DNA of 32,000 bases, from NCBI GenBank assembly GCA_965219535.1, contig CBDCNV010000001.1, positions 480,001 through 512,000 of the forward strand. Direction: 5' to 3'. This document shows, piece by piece, positions 16,919-26,580 of this stretch. A model generated the notes under the pieces. It saw only the letters and a list, made by a program, of their open reading frames with translations. It was not told where the DNA came from and ran no database searches. Each line of letters opens with the position of its first letter. Position 1 is the stretch's first letter. A program made the position numbers and the translations under genes. Source of the DNA: Opitutales bacterium (lineage in GTDB: Bacteria > Verrucomicrobiota > Verrucomicrobiia > Opitutales > PNEW01).

Positions 16919-18088
16919 TTAGTCTACTCTATCCCGAATCGCGCGTGCCAGATTTTCGCGACCTTCTCTCAACGCTTGCTCTAAGGGACAATTATCAGGA
17001 GTGATCTGAATGAGGTTTTCTCTGTTGAATGACTGCGGGAGGTGAGTATTGAGATCTTCGCTAAGTAGCCCGGCAAAAATAAGAATCGTCTTTTTTCCAT
17101 TTAATGCTTTTTCGATTAAGGTACCTGGTCCCTTTCCCTGTAATGAGCTGCGATCGAAACGACCTTCTCCAGTAATAATCATATCAGCATTTGCCAACTT
17201 CTTTTCAAGCTGTAGCCATTGTAGAACCAAATCAAAACCCGCTACTAATTCTGCGCCAAAAGCCGCACGCAAACCAAAAGATATACCTCCCGCCGCGCCA
17301 CTTCCTTCTTCATCGATAACGCCTTCATCTGTGTCGGCGTATTGACAGAGCATCTTTGCCATGTGTTCAGACTGCTTTTCAATATTTGACCAGTCCTCTG
17401 GTTTCATGCCTTTCTGAGGACCAAATATTGCCGCTGCGCCTTCAGGTCCGAGCAGAGGGTTCTTTACATCGCAGGCAATACGAATGGGGGGAAGATTCCT
17501 TGGGATTGTCCCTCCCATGCGTTCGACCGTTTCCCAACCTGCCGGGGTAAGCTGATTAATGGGTTTATCTTGAGAGGATATGAATTGCAAACCGAGTGCT
17601 TCAAGCGTACCGAGACCTAAATCGTTAGTCGCACTTCCACCCACACCTATCAATAGTGCATCGGATTCAAGTTCCACCGACCTGGCGATGAGTTCACCTA
17701 CACCCACCGTCGAGGTGTGCCATAGATCGCGTTCATCCTGGGCAAGATGGTGCAAACCACTCGCCTGTGCCATTTCAATAATAGATATTTTCCCTTTGGG
17801 TGGAACCATCAACCATTCCTGCAATTCCGGCTCCAGGCGTTCGAGTTCGACCACACCTAAAAGCGCATCGACCAATTCGAAGCGGGGCCCATGAACCTTT
17901 TCCTTGTACAATTGACCTTGCCGAGATTCTGTGAGAATCTTGCAAAATCCGTCACCCCCATCGGATAGGGGTGCAGTTTCCAAATTCCACTCCGGATGCA
18001 GTGATGCAATTTCAGTCGCGGCTATCTCACATGCTTCATGCGCGTTTAATGAATCTTTAAATTTATCAAAAGCGATAAGAACATTCAT
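16919..18088 (-). CDS. Glycerate kinase
   Basis: 389 aa. MNVLIAFDKFKDSL, PLSDGGDGF, IGVGGSATNDLGLG and ITGEGRFDRSSLQGKGPG match the GlxK/GarK family. Confidence 0.85.
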   Translation of the reverse strand: MNVLIAFDKFKDSLNAHEACEIAATEIASLHPEWNLETAPLSDGGDGFCKILTESRQGQLYKEKVHGPRFELVDALLGVVELERLEPELQEWLMVPPKGKISIIEMAQASGLHHLAQDERDLWHTSTVGVGELIARSVELESDALLIGVGGSATNDLGLGTLEALGLQFISSQDKPINQLTPAGWETVERMGGTIPRNLPPIRIACDVKNPLLGPEGAAAIFGPQKGMKPEDWSNIEKQSEHMAKMLCQYADTDEGVIDEEGSGAAGGISFGLRAAFGAELVAGFDLVLQWLQLEKKLANADMIITGEGRFDRSSLQGKGPGTLIEKALNGKKTILIFAGLLSEDLNTHLPQSFNRENLIQITPDNCPLEQALREGRENLARAIRDRVD

Positions 18089-18136
18089 CGGGATCGGAAA
18101 TTCAAAAGCAGTTCAGCCCAAGACCGTGGGGGACTG

Positions 18137-19903
18137 TTATCTGAGTTCCTGACCGGTTTCAGCATCAAATATTTTGAAATTCTCTACGTGGTAGGATGGA
18201 TCCGCACGAAATGCGAGTTTCACCCGGTAAAGATCTTCAAGTTCGATAAGAAGATTTTCATCTTCCGTGCGTAACCGTTCGAGCGCGGATGGATGACAGA
18301 GTATGCGTAAAGTAATCTCCTGTTCTCCAACACTATCGTGGGAGCGCAGCCTTCGAATGACACTGACGAGTCGTCGCTGAATTTCCACGCTCATTGTACG
18401 TGGTGATTTGACGATGCCTCTTCCATTGCAATAAGGGCAGCCGGTATACAGACCCGACGACACACTTTCCTTATGACGCTGTCGTGTCATTTGCATGATC
18501 CCAAGCTGTGAGATTGGCAGGATATGACATTTGGCCCTATCTTTCGCCATTTCATCACGCATCATCTTAAAAACGGCATTTCGATCCCGGCGTTGCTTCA
18601 TATCAATGAAATCGATAATAATTAAGCCACCAATATTGCGGAGTCGGATCTGGCGTGAGATTTCCTTAGCCGCTTCGAGATTCGCGTTTACAATGAAATC
18701 TTTGCTGTCCCCCTGTTTCTGCTTGTGACCGCCCGTGTTTACGTCAATGGCAACAAGTGCTTCGGTCTCTTCGATAACGATTTCACCTCCCGATGGCAGT
18801 GACACTTTCCGTTGATAAGTTTGTTCAATTTGGCGTTCAATATTGAATCGCTCAAAGATGGGGATGTTCTCTTTGAATAAACTTACTTTCGACTTCGATC
18901 GCGGTGAAATCTTGTCTACAGTACTGAGCATAATTTGATGGTTATCCTCATCGTCGACTAGAACGCGATCGATGTCCTCGGTTAGAAAATCACGAGCCGT
19001 ACGCTCAATGATATCGGGCTCATTATATATGCAGGTGGGGTCATCAGCACTATCGATATTATGCTGAATTTCGTCCCAGGTTTGTAAAAGGATGTGCAGA
19101 TCGCGAACGAAGTAGCGGAGTTTTTTCCCTTCACCCGCGGTACGGACGATAACTCCCATGCCCTCAGGTATGGTGAGATTGCGTAAAATATTCTTTAAGC
19201 GCTGTCGCTCAGCCGAGCTTTCGATTTTACGCGATATGCCACATTGACCAGCATAGGGCATAAAAACAAGGTATCGTCCCGGGAGGGCAATATTTGTCGT
19301 CGTCCGTGGGCCCTTGCTGCCAATTTGGCCCTTGGTCACTTGGATGACAATATCTTTACCAATGGGGTAAAGCTTGGGGATGTCTTTGAGGGTTATTTTA
19401 TCCCGGTCATTTCGCTGTGCTGCGGATTTATTATCGCGCACAATTTCCACCGAAGAATCATTTGCCGCTGGAAGTATATCCCAATAATGGAGGAAGGCAT
19501 TCTTGGGCATGCCAATGTCAACAAAAGCAGCCTTCAGTCCAGGTTCCAGGTTTTGTATTTTACCTTTAAATATACTTCCAACAATGCGCTCTTCACCTAC
19601 GCGTTCCAGATCAAATTTATCAAGGACACCATCGACGAGCAGAGCGACGCGTTTTTCCAGTGGTTCAGAATTTATTATTACTTCCCGAAAAGGAGATGAA
19701 TCCTTTTGCAGGGCCTTAACAATTCTTTGGATTATCGGTCGTTTTTTAGCTCGTGCTTGAGCCTCTTCATTTATTTGATCGAAATTTACATCGGTTGCTT
19801 GTTCTTCTTTTGGAGGTTCTTGAAGTTCTTGATCAAGGTTTGAAGAAATTTCCTTCGTATTTACATTTTTTGTGTTTTTCATCTTGCATCGTTTTCCCAT
19901 CAT
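18137..19903 (-). CDS. Rne/Rng-family ribonuclease (RNase G/E)
   Basis: 588 aa. S1 domain ([23 protein letters not shown]), a DNase-I-like core ([21 protein letters not shown]) and a Zn-link CPYCNGRG. It has an N-terminal acidic/basic extension of about 80 aa, so the true start may be internal. Confidence 0.85.
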   Translation of the reverse strand: MMGKRCKMKNTKNVNTKEISSNLDQELQEPPKEEQATDVNFDQINEEAQARAKKRPIIQRIVKALQKDSSPFREVIINSEPLEKRVALLVDGVLDKFDLERVGEERIVGSIFKGKIQNLEPGLKAAFVDIGMPKNAFLHYWDILPAANDSSVEIVRDNKSAAQRNDRDKITLKDIPKLYPIGKDIVIQVTKGQIGSKGPRTTTNIALPGRYLVFMPYAGQCGISRKIESSAERQRLKNILRNLTIPEGMGVIVRTAGEGKKLRYFVRDLHILLQTWDEIQHNIDSADDPTCIYNEPDIIERTARDFLTEDIDRVLVDDEDNHQIMLSTVDKISPRSKSKVSLFKENIPIFERFNIERQIEQTYQRKVSLPSGGEIVIEETEALVAIDVNTGGHKQKQGDSKDFIVNANLEAAKEISRQIRLRNIGGLIIIDFIDMKQRRDRNAVFKMMRDEMAKDRAKCHILPISQLGIMQMTRQRHKESVSSGLYTGCPYCNGRGIVKSPRTMSVEIQRRLVSVIRRLRSHDSVGEQEITLRILCHPSALERLRTEDENLLIELEDLYRVKLAFRADPSYHVENFKIFDAETGQELR

Positions 19904-19978
19904 TGATTGAGGGGGGTCTTAATAGAAGCTGCACGATGGTTTTAATGTTTTGAGAGACTGTGAATCTTACGTCGATCA

Positions 19979-21214
19979 TCAGGAAATTTCCCTTCTATAT
20001 CTAAAGACGCTTTGTACCAGTCCCTGTAATATGCAACAACTAATGATAAAGGACCCGCCATAACTTAAAAATGGAAGCGGTAAACCCGTGATTGGCATTA
20101 TGCCTATCGTCATACCTACATTGATAAATATGTGCACCATAAAGATGACACAGACTCCGACAACGAGGAGCATGCCGAAGCGATCTTGCGCCATAGCTGC
20201 AATGCGAATGCCGTTGCAGACAAGGACAACGTAAATACCAATCACGAAGATGCTTCCAAGAAACCCTTTCTCTTCAGCGAGAACAGAGAAAATAAAATCA
20301 GTATAGGCAACAGACTGTGGGAGATAGCCCAGTTTTGCTTGTGTCCCCTCAGTCCAGCCTTTACCCAGAGCCCCCCCCGATCCAACAGTAATATGGGATT
20401 GCCTCTGGTTCCAACTGACGCCAATCCCGCGCGGGTCAACCGCTTCCGGGGCTATAAAAGCTAATATACGGTTGCGTTGATAATCTTTCAGCGGCAACAA
20501 GGAATGACCCTGCTTCTGATATTCACTCTCATAGACACTAATGTCATTTTCCTGAAGATAAGAATAATATTTGTATATATCCAATGAGAGGACGCCCATG
20601 AGCAATATAAAGACCACGAAAATGATCGCGAAAAATCGCTCTGACAATTTTGAAATATATAAGAGGGAAAATATCATCGGGGGAAAGATTAACGCTGATC
20701 CTAGATCAGGTTGCTTAAAAATCAATAATATTGGGATTAAAATTACAACCGTAACTTTGGCGATTACTTTTAAAGAATCCTTGATCGACCCAATCTCAGA
20801 ACGGGCAAGGATGCTCGATACCATGATAAGCGAGCCGATTTTTGCTGCCTCCGATGATTGAAATAAGAAATAGCCAAAATCGAGCCACCGCCGAGAGTTA
20901 TTGCGTTCTTCACCTAGAGGAGTCCAGAGCAACAATAATAATAATATGCTCGCACCATAAATCCAATGACCTTTTTCCAAAAATATCCGGTAATTAATTA
21001 TGGAGACAAGGGTATAAACAAAGGCACCAATAATAATCCAAACGATCTGTTTGATCCAAAAAGAGCCGCCTGAATAAAGTTGTGCGGAATATATAAAGAA
21101 AATCCCCGTAACACTTAAAATGAGTATACAGAGAGGTTGAATCAAGTCCGTGCGATTCCATTCGGCTTGATTCAAAAGTCGGTAGTAGCGGTGATATAGT
21201 GTATTATTAAACAC
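19979..21214 (-). CDS. rodA: SEDS-family peptidoglycan glycosyltransferase (FtsW/RodA/SpoVE), likely RodA
   Basis: 411 aa. PDLGSALIF, FIFSVLAEEKGFLG and GIMPITGLPLPFLSYGGS. It is not in a dcw-type context. It lies next to the RNase G gene, as seen in mre/rng neighbourhoods. Confidence 0.7.
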   Translation of the reverse strand: MFNNTLYHRYYRLLNQAEWNRTDLIQPLCILILSVTGIFFIYSAQLYSGGSFWIKQIVWIIIGAFVYTLVSIINYRIFLEKGHWIYGASILLLLLLWTPLGEERNNSRRWLDFGYFLFQSSEAAKIGSLIMVSSILARSEIGSIKDSLKVIAKVTVVILIPILLIFKQPDLGSALIFPPMIFSLLYISKLSERFFAIIFVVFILLMGVLSLDIYKYYSYLQENDISVYESEYQKQGHSLLPLKDYQRNRILAFIAPEAVDPRGIGVSWNQRQSHITVGSGGALGKGWTEGTQAKLGYLPQSVAYTDFIFSVLAEEKGFLGSIFVIGIYVVLVCNGIRIAAMAQDRFGMLLVVGVCVIFMVHIFINVGMTIGIMPITGLPLPFLSYGGSFIISCCILQGLVQSVFRYRREIS

Positions 21215-21319
21215 AATAAGATAAATAAATGGCTAACCTATAAAACAGAAATAGAACACGATAGATAGTATAGCATGGCCATGACCAAGATCAAAATGAA
21301 ATCTTTGGTCGCGATGCTA

Positions 21320-22825
21320 TTAATAGGCGGGCGTGGTAAACCTGAAGTCAGGCATCTCCCTTGCATTGAGTTTGGGCTTAACCCTCTCACTATCCTCCCG
21401 TTCTTCTTTCCCTTCTATATTCTGGGCACAACCCAGGAGTGTCCAGAAAAGAATCGCACCCATCGGGCCTTCCATGACCACACCGAAACAAGACGTGGCA
21501 AACAATACCCAAACCATACACCAATAACATAGCGAATCAGTGGCGTTGCCGTTACGATGCGCATTCAATATTACGCGCCGGGTATTTCTAAACATTTCGC
21601 CTATAATGAGAGCAAATAGTATAAATCCAAATAATCCCATTCTTCCGATAACAGTCACTACAATGCTATGAGGACTACGCGTATCAGAGGGTTCATTGGA
21701 TGTAAAATAATCCCACATGAAGTTGTAGGCTAAGTCATAGCCGAAACCAAGGCCCAGAAAAGGAGCCTTACTCCGGGTTTCATTCAATACATTTCCCCAC
21801 CAGGTAAGTCGATAGAGATTATTGGCTCCTGTATTAGCACTTGCGGGGTTTCGGTAAGTGCCGGTTCCCGTAAAATCGACGAGGGATAATGCGTGTTCAT
21901 AAATGGAATAGATTCGTGTGTCCGCAATATCCTCTTCGATTACAGTTAAATATATGGATATAGGAGCAATCGCTAATATCGACATCACCGAGAGGTGGAT
22001 GAACAATTTATGAAATCGAGCCCAAATGAGGATTGCTAAACCTAAGAACAAGCCGACCCAGGTCGCTCTGGAGGTTGAATACAGCGTCATCCAGAAGCAT
22101 AGGGTTGCAATGAAGAAATAGGGGATAATTGGTTTCTTAATATATTTCGTGTAAAAATAAAAAAAACCTGTCGCATAAGCTGCAGCGGCAAGGTCTCCTT
22201 TAAAATAAATAATAGGCACCCCATCGATAATCAGATTATAGACAAAAAATTCCGGATAGAGTTTGAAGAGAGGAATGAGTGGTATGGCAATGATAATAGC
22301 TATGCCTAGGAACCGATTAAAAAACCTCCATGAACGAATGTCATTAGCCATCGGTTGAGCGATAAAAAAGTATAAGGAGTAGTAAACAGTTGCGAAGTCT
22401 CGGAGAGCTACTAATCCATAAGATTTAATGTCGAATAAGATTCTTAAAGAACCATACAAAACCCATATCAGAATAATTATCCCCAAGGCGTTTAATCTGA
22501 AAGGTATCTCCTTGTTGATAAATATATAACAGATTATATAAACACCGGAGAAAGATAAGGCTAATTCACCAGGGAAAATGGGTTAATTCCACAGTGGGGT
22601 GATTTGAGCAAACCCTCGGTTACCTACGATATAACCGAAGATTAGAAAACTGAGGATAAATCCTATTGAATTTACTCGCGTAATGATAAGAGCGAGAATG
22701 AAAAATCCTACCATGCATAACAATATGGCCAAGAACCAATCGCCCAGGCCAATTTTTGCCCCCATATATATACCCAAGACAAGACTGAGTAATATGACTA
22801 AAAGTTGTTGTTGCTTTATTGTCAT
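21320..22825 (-). pseudogene. O-antigen ligase / Wzy-like polytopic membrane protein interrupted by a single in-frame TAA
   Basis: Tracked ORFs 22583-22825 (80 aa) and 21320-22486 (388 aa, TTG start) are in the same frame. The 96 nt between them translate without a stop as PIFPGELALSFSGVYIICYIFINKEIPFRLNA. The only interruption is TAA (complement of 22583-22585). The combined length is 501 codons, polytopic throughout, with the large loop typical of Wzy_C proteins. Confidence 0.65.
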
Positions 22826-22983
22826 GCGTAAAAAAATAAGTACGAATTACCCAATTTGTTTTAGGTGTAATTAAAAGTACATTACACGAAGCTAGCCATT
22901 TCACTAGAGTATTGCCAATAATTTGGTAATGTAAATTATCTTTCCATCCTCCGACTTTCCGCTTCCAGTCAACTTATACATCG

Positions 22984-23607
22984 CTAACCTACATTTGTAA
23001 CGGTGTAACTCTTAACCATCCACAAAAATTTTTCATAGTGAATCTGGCTATGGGGAAACAGTTCTTCTAATTCTTTTTCTTTTAAAAGTCTGATTTCTGA
23101 AACCATTTGATCAATTTCTTCCTTACTTGATTGCGTAAATAGTCCTCTGATTGTAAAGTAAGGGACTAAAATTCGCACATAACGTTTAGGTAACCAGTGA
23201 ATAAAGGGAGCGACATAGTGTGGCTCAATAAAAAATTCATAGGCCGGAGTTTGCACCCAATATTTATCACCAACACGCATGATTTCCTCTGCCAGCATGG
23301 CTTGATCTTCCTTGCTCCCTAAATGTTCGATAACGCTGTTAGAAAATACGATATCAAATTCATTATCTGAAAAAGGCATCTTCCGTCCATCGCCATGAAC
23401 GTATACATAGCGGGGTGATGATCTTTCATTATCGAGATTTAAAAACGTAATATTTAAATCGTGATCGATATCATCCCAGAACCAGTGGTAACCCCCAACG
23501 TCCAGTATTTTTTCTTCAGCAGACGGCTTTATAATATTCATAAAATGTAACAATCTACGGCGTCGAAATAATGGGGAAAATTTCCTGTAAAAATTATGGA
23601 TATCCAT
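22984..23607 (-). CDS. Class I SAM-dependent methyltransferase (Methyltransf_11-like)
   Basis: 207 aa. Motif I KILDVGG, an acidic post-I residue, and FDIVFSNSVIEHL. Confidence 0.75.
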   Translation of the reverse strand: MDIHNFYRKFSPLFRRRRLLHFMNIIKPSAEEKILDVGGYHWFWDDIDHDLNITFLNLDNERSSPRYVYVHGDGRKMPFSDNEFDIVFSNSVIEHLGSKEDQAMLAEEIMRVGDKYWVQTPAYEFFIEPHYVAPFIHWLPKRYVRILVPYFTIRGLFTQSSKEEIDQMVSEIRLLKEKELEELFPHSQIHYEKFLWMVKSYTVTNVG

Positions 23608-23769
23608 TTTTTCTATATTAATACATTACTTTCATATTTCTAAATATTTGAAAATAGAGTAAAGATATTCATTAAAATATTCATTCTCGGAAAATTGAGA
23701 TGCGCGGTTTTGTAGGATTGCATTATCAGACTTATGAGAAGTGAGTGAATAATTGTGTCAGTTATTAAT

Positions 23770-24684
23770 CTATTCCAGCCACATTGATAAATCCCTGTCA
23801 ATAAGTGCGCTTAATTCTAAGATATCTTTTTTGAAGAAGGAAATCAGATTTTCTCGCAACTCGGGAGTGAGTGGCGACCGTTCGATTTCAGTTAAATTGA
23901 GATTAATGAGTAACAACGCGAGATGATGACGCATCCACTTGGGTATGAGTGCATGAAGAGGTTTTATTATCAGGTTGGGTCTCGCTAAAATGATTTTTTG
24001 AGCCCATTGACTGCGCAAATATTTGCTTTTATTGATTACGGAAAATTTAGTTTCGAAAGATGTATCTACATCCAGGAATTCAAGTGTCTTTCGATAAATA
24101 CGGTGTGTATCATCTTTTAGTTCATCGTATAGGATGAGATGAACTTGATTACTTGGAAAAGTTTTTAAGTATCGTTTTACCTGCTCAAAATAAAGGGCAA
24201 TGTCCCAATAGGATCCGACGTACAATTCTCTAGGTGTAAGTATTCCCCCGCTATTTATATATTTTTTATCTAGCTCAAGAGCTTGTGAGAAATCTAAAGT
24301 ATCTTCCATCATGTTATAGATTCTTTGTTGGTGTAATGAATATACCATGTCCACGGGATGACGTAACATGATGATAATTTTCGCTTCGGGATTATAGCGG
24401 TATATCTCATTGGCAGCAGTTTTTGAATAAAGATAAAAGACTGAAGCTTCTCCCACCGCTTTGGCTTCATCAGCTTGCTCAAATAAAGCGAAGTATTCCC
24501 TTTTATTAATTATCCATTCATGCGATTTAACTATATTGGTATATCGGTTAAGATCGCTCGCGAAATAATGGGGTTCTTTTTTATAGGGTGGCATAAACAC
24601 CTGGGGGTGACGGCCCAAATAAGTGTAAAGCGCGGTGGTGCCACATTTAGGAGCTCCGACGATAAAAAAATTGGGGACTTTCAT
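23770..24684 (-). CDS. PAPS-dependent sulfotransferase (Sulfotransfer_1-like)
   Basis: 304 aa. 5'-PSB loop GAPKCGTTAL and 3'-PB motif MLRHPVDMVYS (R-x-P-x-D-x3-S). Confidence 0.8.
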   Translation of the reverse strand: MKVPNFFIVGAPKCGTTALYTYLGRHPQVFMPPYKKEPHYFASDLNRYTNIVKSHEWIINKREYFALFEQADEAKAVGEASVFYLYSKTAANEIYRYNPEAKIIIMLRHPVDMVYSLHQQRIYNMMEDTLDFSQALELDKKYINSGGILTPRELYVGSYWDIALYFEQVKRYLKTFPSNQVHLILYDELKDDTHRIYRKTLEFLDVDTSFETKFSVINKSKYLRSQWAQKIILARPNLIIKPLHALIPKWMRHHLALLLINLNLTEIERSPLTPELRENLISFFKKDILELSALIDRDLSMWLE

Positions 24685-24764
24685 TAATTAATCCGGAATA
24701 TTATACTCTGACGATTAAGTAGGATTGAAAGAGTGCTGATTTTACGAAATCCGATCTTACAATT

Positions 24765-25235
24765 TCAATTTATACGCTTATTATTTAATCTACTCAGTAA
24801 TTTTATTCCATGATAGGGACCAAACCAGTAAATGGTTACCAAGCCCGACAATATACCACTCCAAACTATTCCCAGTATGCCGTATGTTCCTACTAAGAGG
24901 ATGCATAACAAAATATTTATAAAGCCGGAGAGAAGAATGGAGATTGCGAAGGGGTTATGTCCGCTAGCAATGGTAAGCGATGTCCATACTTGAGTGCTCG
25001 CGATTATAAAATAGTTAAATGCGAGAAAGAATAAAATCATGTTATCTATAAATTGGTTGGGTCCGATCCATACTTTAACAAACCAGGGACTCAAGAGAAA
25101 GAAAACTGTCTGCGTCACGAGAGAAAACAAACATACAGCCAAGACTATTCGTAATAATCGAGAGCGAGCGGCGCCCCATTTCTCTGCCGCAAGTTCACGG
25201 GTAAAAAGCGGCATTTGAGGTTGAGTTAAATGCAT
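24765..25235 (-). pseudogene. C-terminal remnant (about 157 aa) of a Wzx-type polysaccharide flippase, truncated by the IS element
   Basis: The remnant reads ...PLFTRELAAEKWGAARSRLLRIVLAVCLFSLVTQTVFFLLSPWFVKVWIGPNQF... followed by 4 more TM helices. This resembles the last third of oligosaccharide flippase (polysaccharide biosynthesis C-terminal domain) proteins. The tracked ORF 24765-25262 takes its first 9 codons (MIRFLGVTP) from the IS left inverted repeat. Confidence 0.55.
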
Positions 25236-25283
25236 TGGAGTGACCCCCAAAAATCGTATCATTTACAGAGAGAGGTTATCGGG
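25236..25283. repeat. IS left terminal inverted repeat (IRL)
   Basis: TGGAGTGACCCCCAAAAATCGTATCATTTACAGAGAGAGGTTATCGGG. Against the reverse complement of the right end it shares TG, GACCCC, CGTA, TTTA, GAGAGAG, TTA and CGGG blocks in the same order. Confidence 0.6.
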
Positions 25284-25299
25284 ATAAACAGATAACCTC
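25272..25299 (+). promoter_or_regulatory. Perfect 9-bp hairpin abutting the orfA start codon
   Basis: GAGGTTATC (25272-25280) and GATAACCTC (25291-25299) flank a 10-nt loop. The orfA ATG is at 25301. Confidence 0.35.
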
Positions 25300-25300
25300 A

Positions 25301-25594
25301 ATGAAAAGAAAAAGATACACAACAGAACAGATTATAACAATATTGCGGCAAGCCGATACCGGTAAAACGGTACAGGAAATCTGCCGTGGAAACAACCTGA
25401 GCGAACAGACTTTCTATCGCTGGCGTAAAAAATATGGCAATTTAGAACTTGCCGATGCGAAGCGATTTAAAGAGCTGGAAAAAGAATTCACGAGCGCAAG
25501 CGAGAAGGCCTGACATACCGAGCTGAAGAAGCTGCTCGCAGATCAAATGCTCAAGAATCAGGTAATGGAGGAAACGCTGTCAAAAAAATGGTGA
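25301..25594 (+). pseudogene. IS3-family orfA (HTH transposase subunit) with an in-frame TGA at 25511-25513
   Basis: The tracked ORF stops after 70 aa. The same frame then continues HTELKKLLADQMLKNQVMEETLSKKW-stop (25592-25594). That is the leucine-zipper end expected of an IS3 OrfA. Confidence 0.7.
25582..25588 (+). promoter_or_regulatory. A7 slippery heptamer, candidate -1 programmed frameshift site (orfA to orfB)
   Basis: The sequence is tcAAAAAAAtgg. The orfB frame (25588 onward) is -1 relative to orfA. This matches the established IS3-family OrfAB expression mechanism. Confidence 0.6.
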
Positions 25595-26553
25595 GCCCAA
25601 AGCAGAAGAAACGAGTAGTAAAAGCTGCGGCTGAGAAAGGGTTGTGCTCGTTGCGGAGGGCTTGTGCTTATCTCAGCCTGAGTTGGTCAACGTTCAGTTA
25701 CCGGCCCAAACAGGCCAGTGAGAAAGCTCAGCGGTTGGTCGAGCGGATTGTGAGCTTGTCCTGGAAACATCCCCGCTACGGTTACCGGCGCATCCGTGCC
25801 TTGCTGGTAAAGGAAGGCTGGACAACAAGCAGGAAGTTTGTCCAGGCGGTACGACGTTCAGAAGGGCTGCAGGTAAAGCCCCCGAAAAAGGGCAGACACC
25901 GTCAAGGAGTCTCTACGGGGTCACCTACTAAAGCAAAGGGTCGCAATCACGTTTGGTCCTGGGACTTTGTCCATGATCGTACAGACAACGGCGGTCCATT
26001 AAAGATGATGACTCTAATCGATGTACCGAGGAGCTGAAAGCGACGACACTCAAGCGAAGCGAAGACATATACGCGTAAATGCCTGGATATCCGGGTCGCT
26101 CGTCAACTCACCTCAACCGATGTCCTCTCTGTGCTTAGCGAGGCCATTGAAGAGGAGGGACCTCCCAGCTATATCCGTAGTGACAACGGCAGTGAGTTCA
26201 TTGCTCATCAAGTGCAGCAGTGGTTGTCCGGTAATAACATAAAGGCGATCTATATCGATCCGGGCAGTCCCTGGCAAAACGGTTTCATCGAGTCGTTTCA
26301 CAACCGCTTACGCGATGAGTGTTTGAACCGTGAAGTGTTGCTCAGCGTGGCTGAAGCGCAAGTGGTAATCGAACAATGGCGTCAGACCTATAACCATGAA
26401 CATCCCCACAGTCGTTTAGGCTTCAAAAGCCCACAAGAGTTTGTCAGATTCCTTTCCGATCTTGGCCGCGTTCGGGCTACGCCCTCACTTCGCCAAGATC
26501 TCTCATATACATCAATCCTAAAACCATTAACACCCGGTAACTCTCTCACTTAA
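25588..26553 (+). pseudogene. IS3-family orfB (DDE integrase/transposase) with an in-frame TGA at 26035-26037
   Basis: Tracked ORFs 25588-26037 and 26131-26553 are in the same frame. The sequence between them translates as KRRHSSEAKTYTRKCLDIRVARQLTSTDVLSVLSEAIEEEGPP, which restores the expected catalytic-core continuity. Confidence 0.75.
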
Positions 26554-26580
26554 ATTGGTACGAAAAACGGGGTCCGATCA
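26533..26580. repeat. IS right terminal inverted repeat (IRR)
   Basis: The reverse complement is TGATCGGACCCCGTTTTTCGTACCAATTTAAGTGAGAGAGTTACCGGG. See IRL for the shared blocks. Confidence 0.6.

Larger units (their letters stand above)
25236..26580 (+). mobile_element. IS3-family insertion sequence (IS407-group-like), apparently defective
   Basis: TG...CA termini with imperfect terminal inverted repeats. orfA has an HTH (TTEQIITILRQADTGKTVQEICRGNNLSEQTFYRWRKKY). An A7 slippery run sits at the orfA/orfB overlap, with orfB in the -1 frame. orfB is a DDE integrase (SDNGSEF ... DPGSPWQNGFIESFHNRLRDECL). Each reading frame contains an in-frame TGA. End coordinates are accurate to a few bp. Confidence 0.85.

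Noticed and set aside
22620-22904. 94-aa and 63-aa ORFs overlapping the N-terminal part of the Wzy-like gene
   Set aside because: These are alternative-frame or antisense shadows of a hydrophobic coding region. The frame continuous with the downstream Wzy-like ORF is far more coherent.
25511-26037. Idea that TGA is a sense codon (genetic code 4/25 or selenocysteine) explaining the IS stops
   Set aside because: Several full-length conserved genes in the window terminate at TGA at the expected length (zinc-ribbon gene at 1475, Fpg at 13169, GT2 at 28775). No SECIS-like hairpin is obvious after either TGA.
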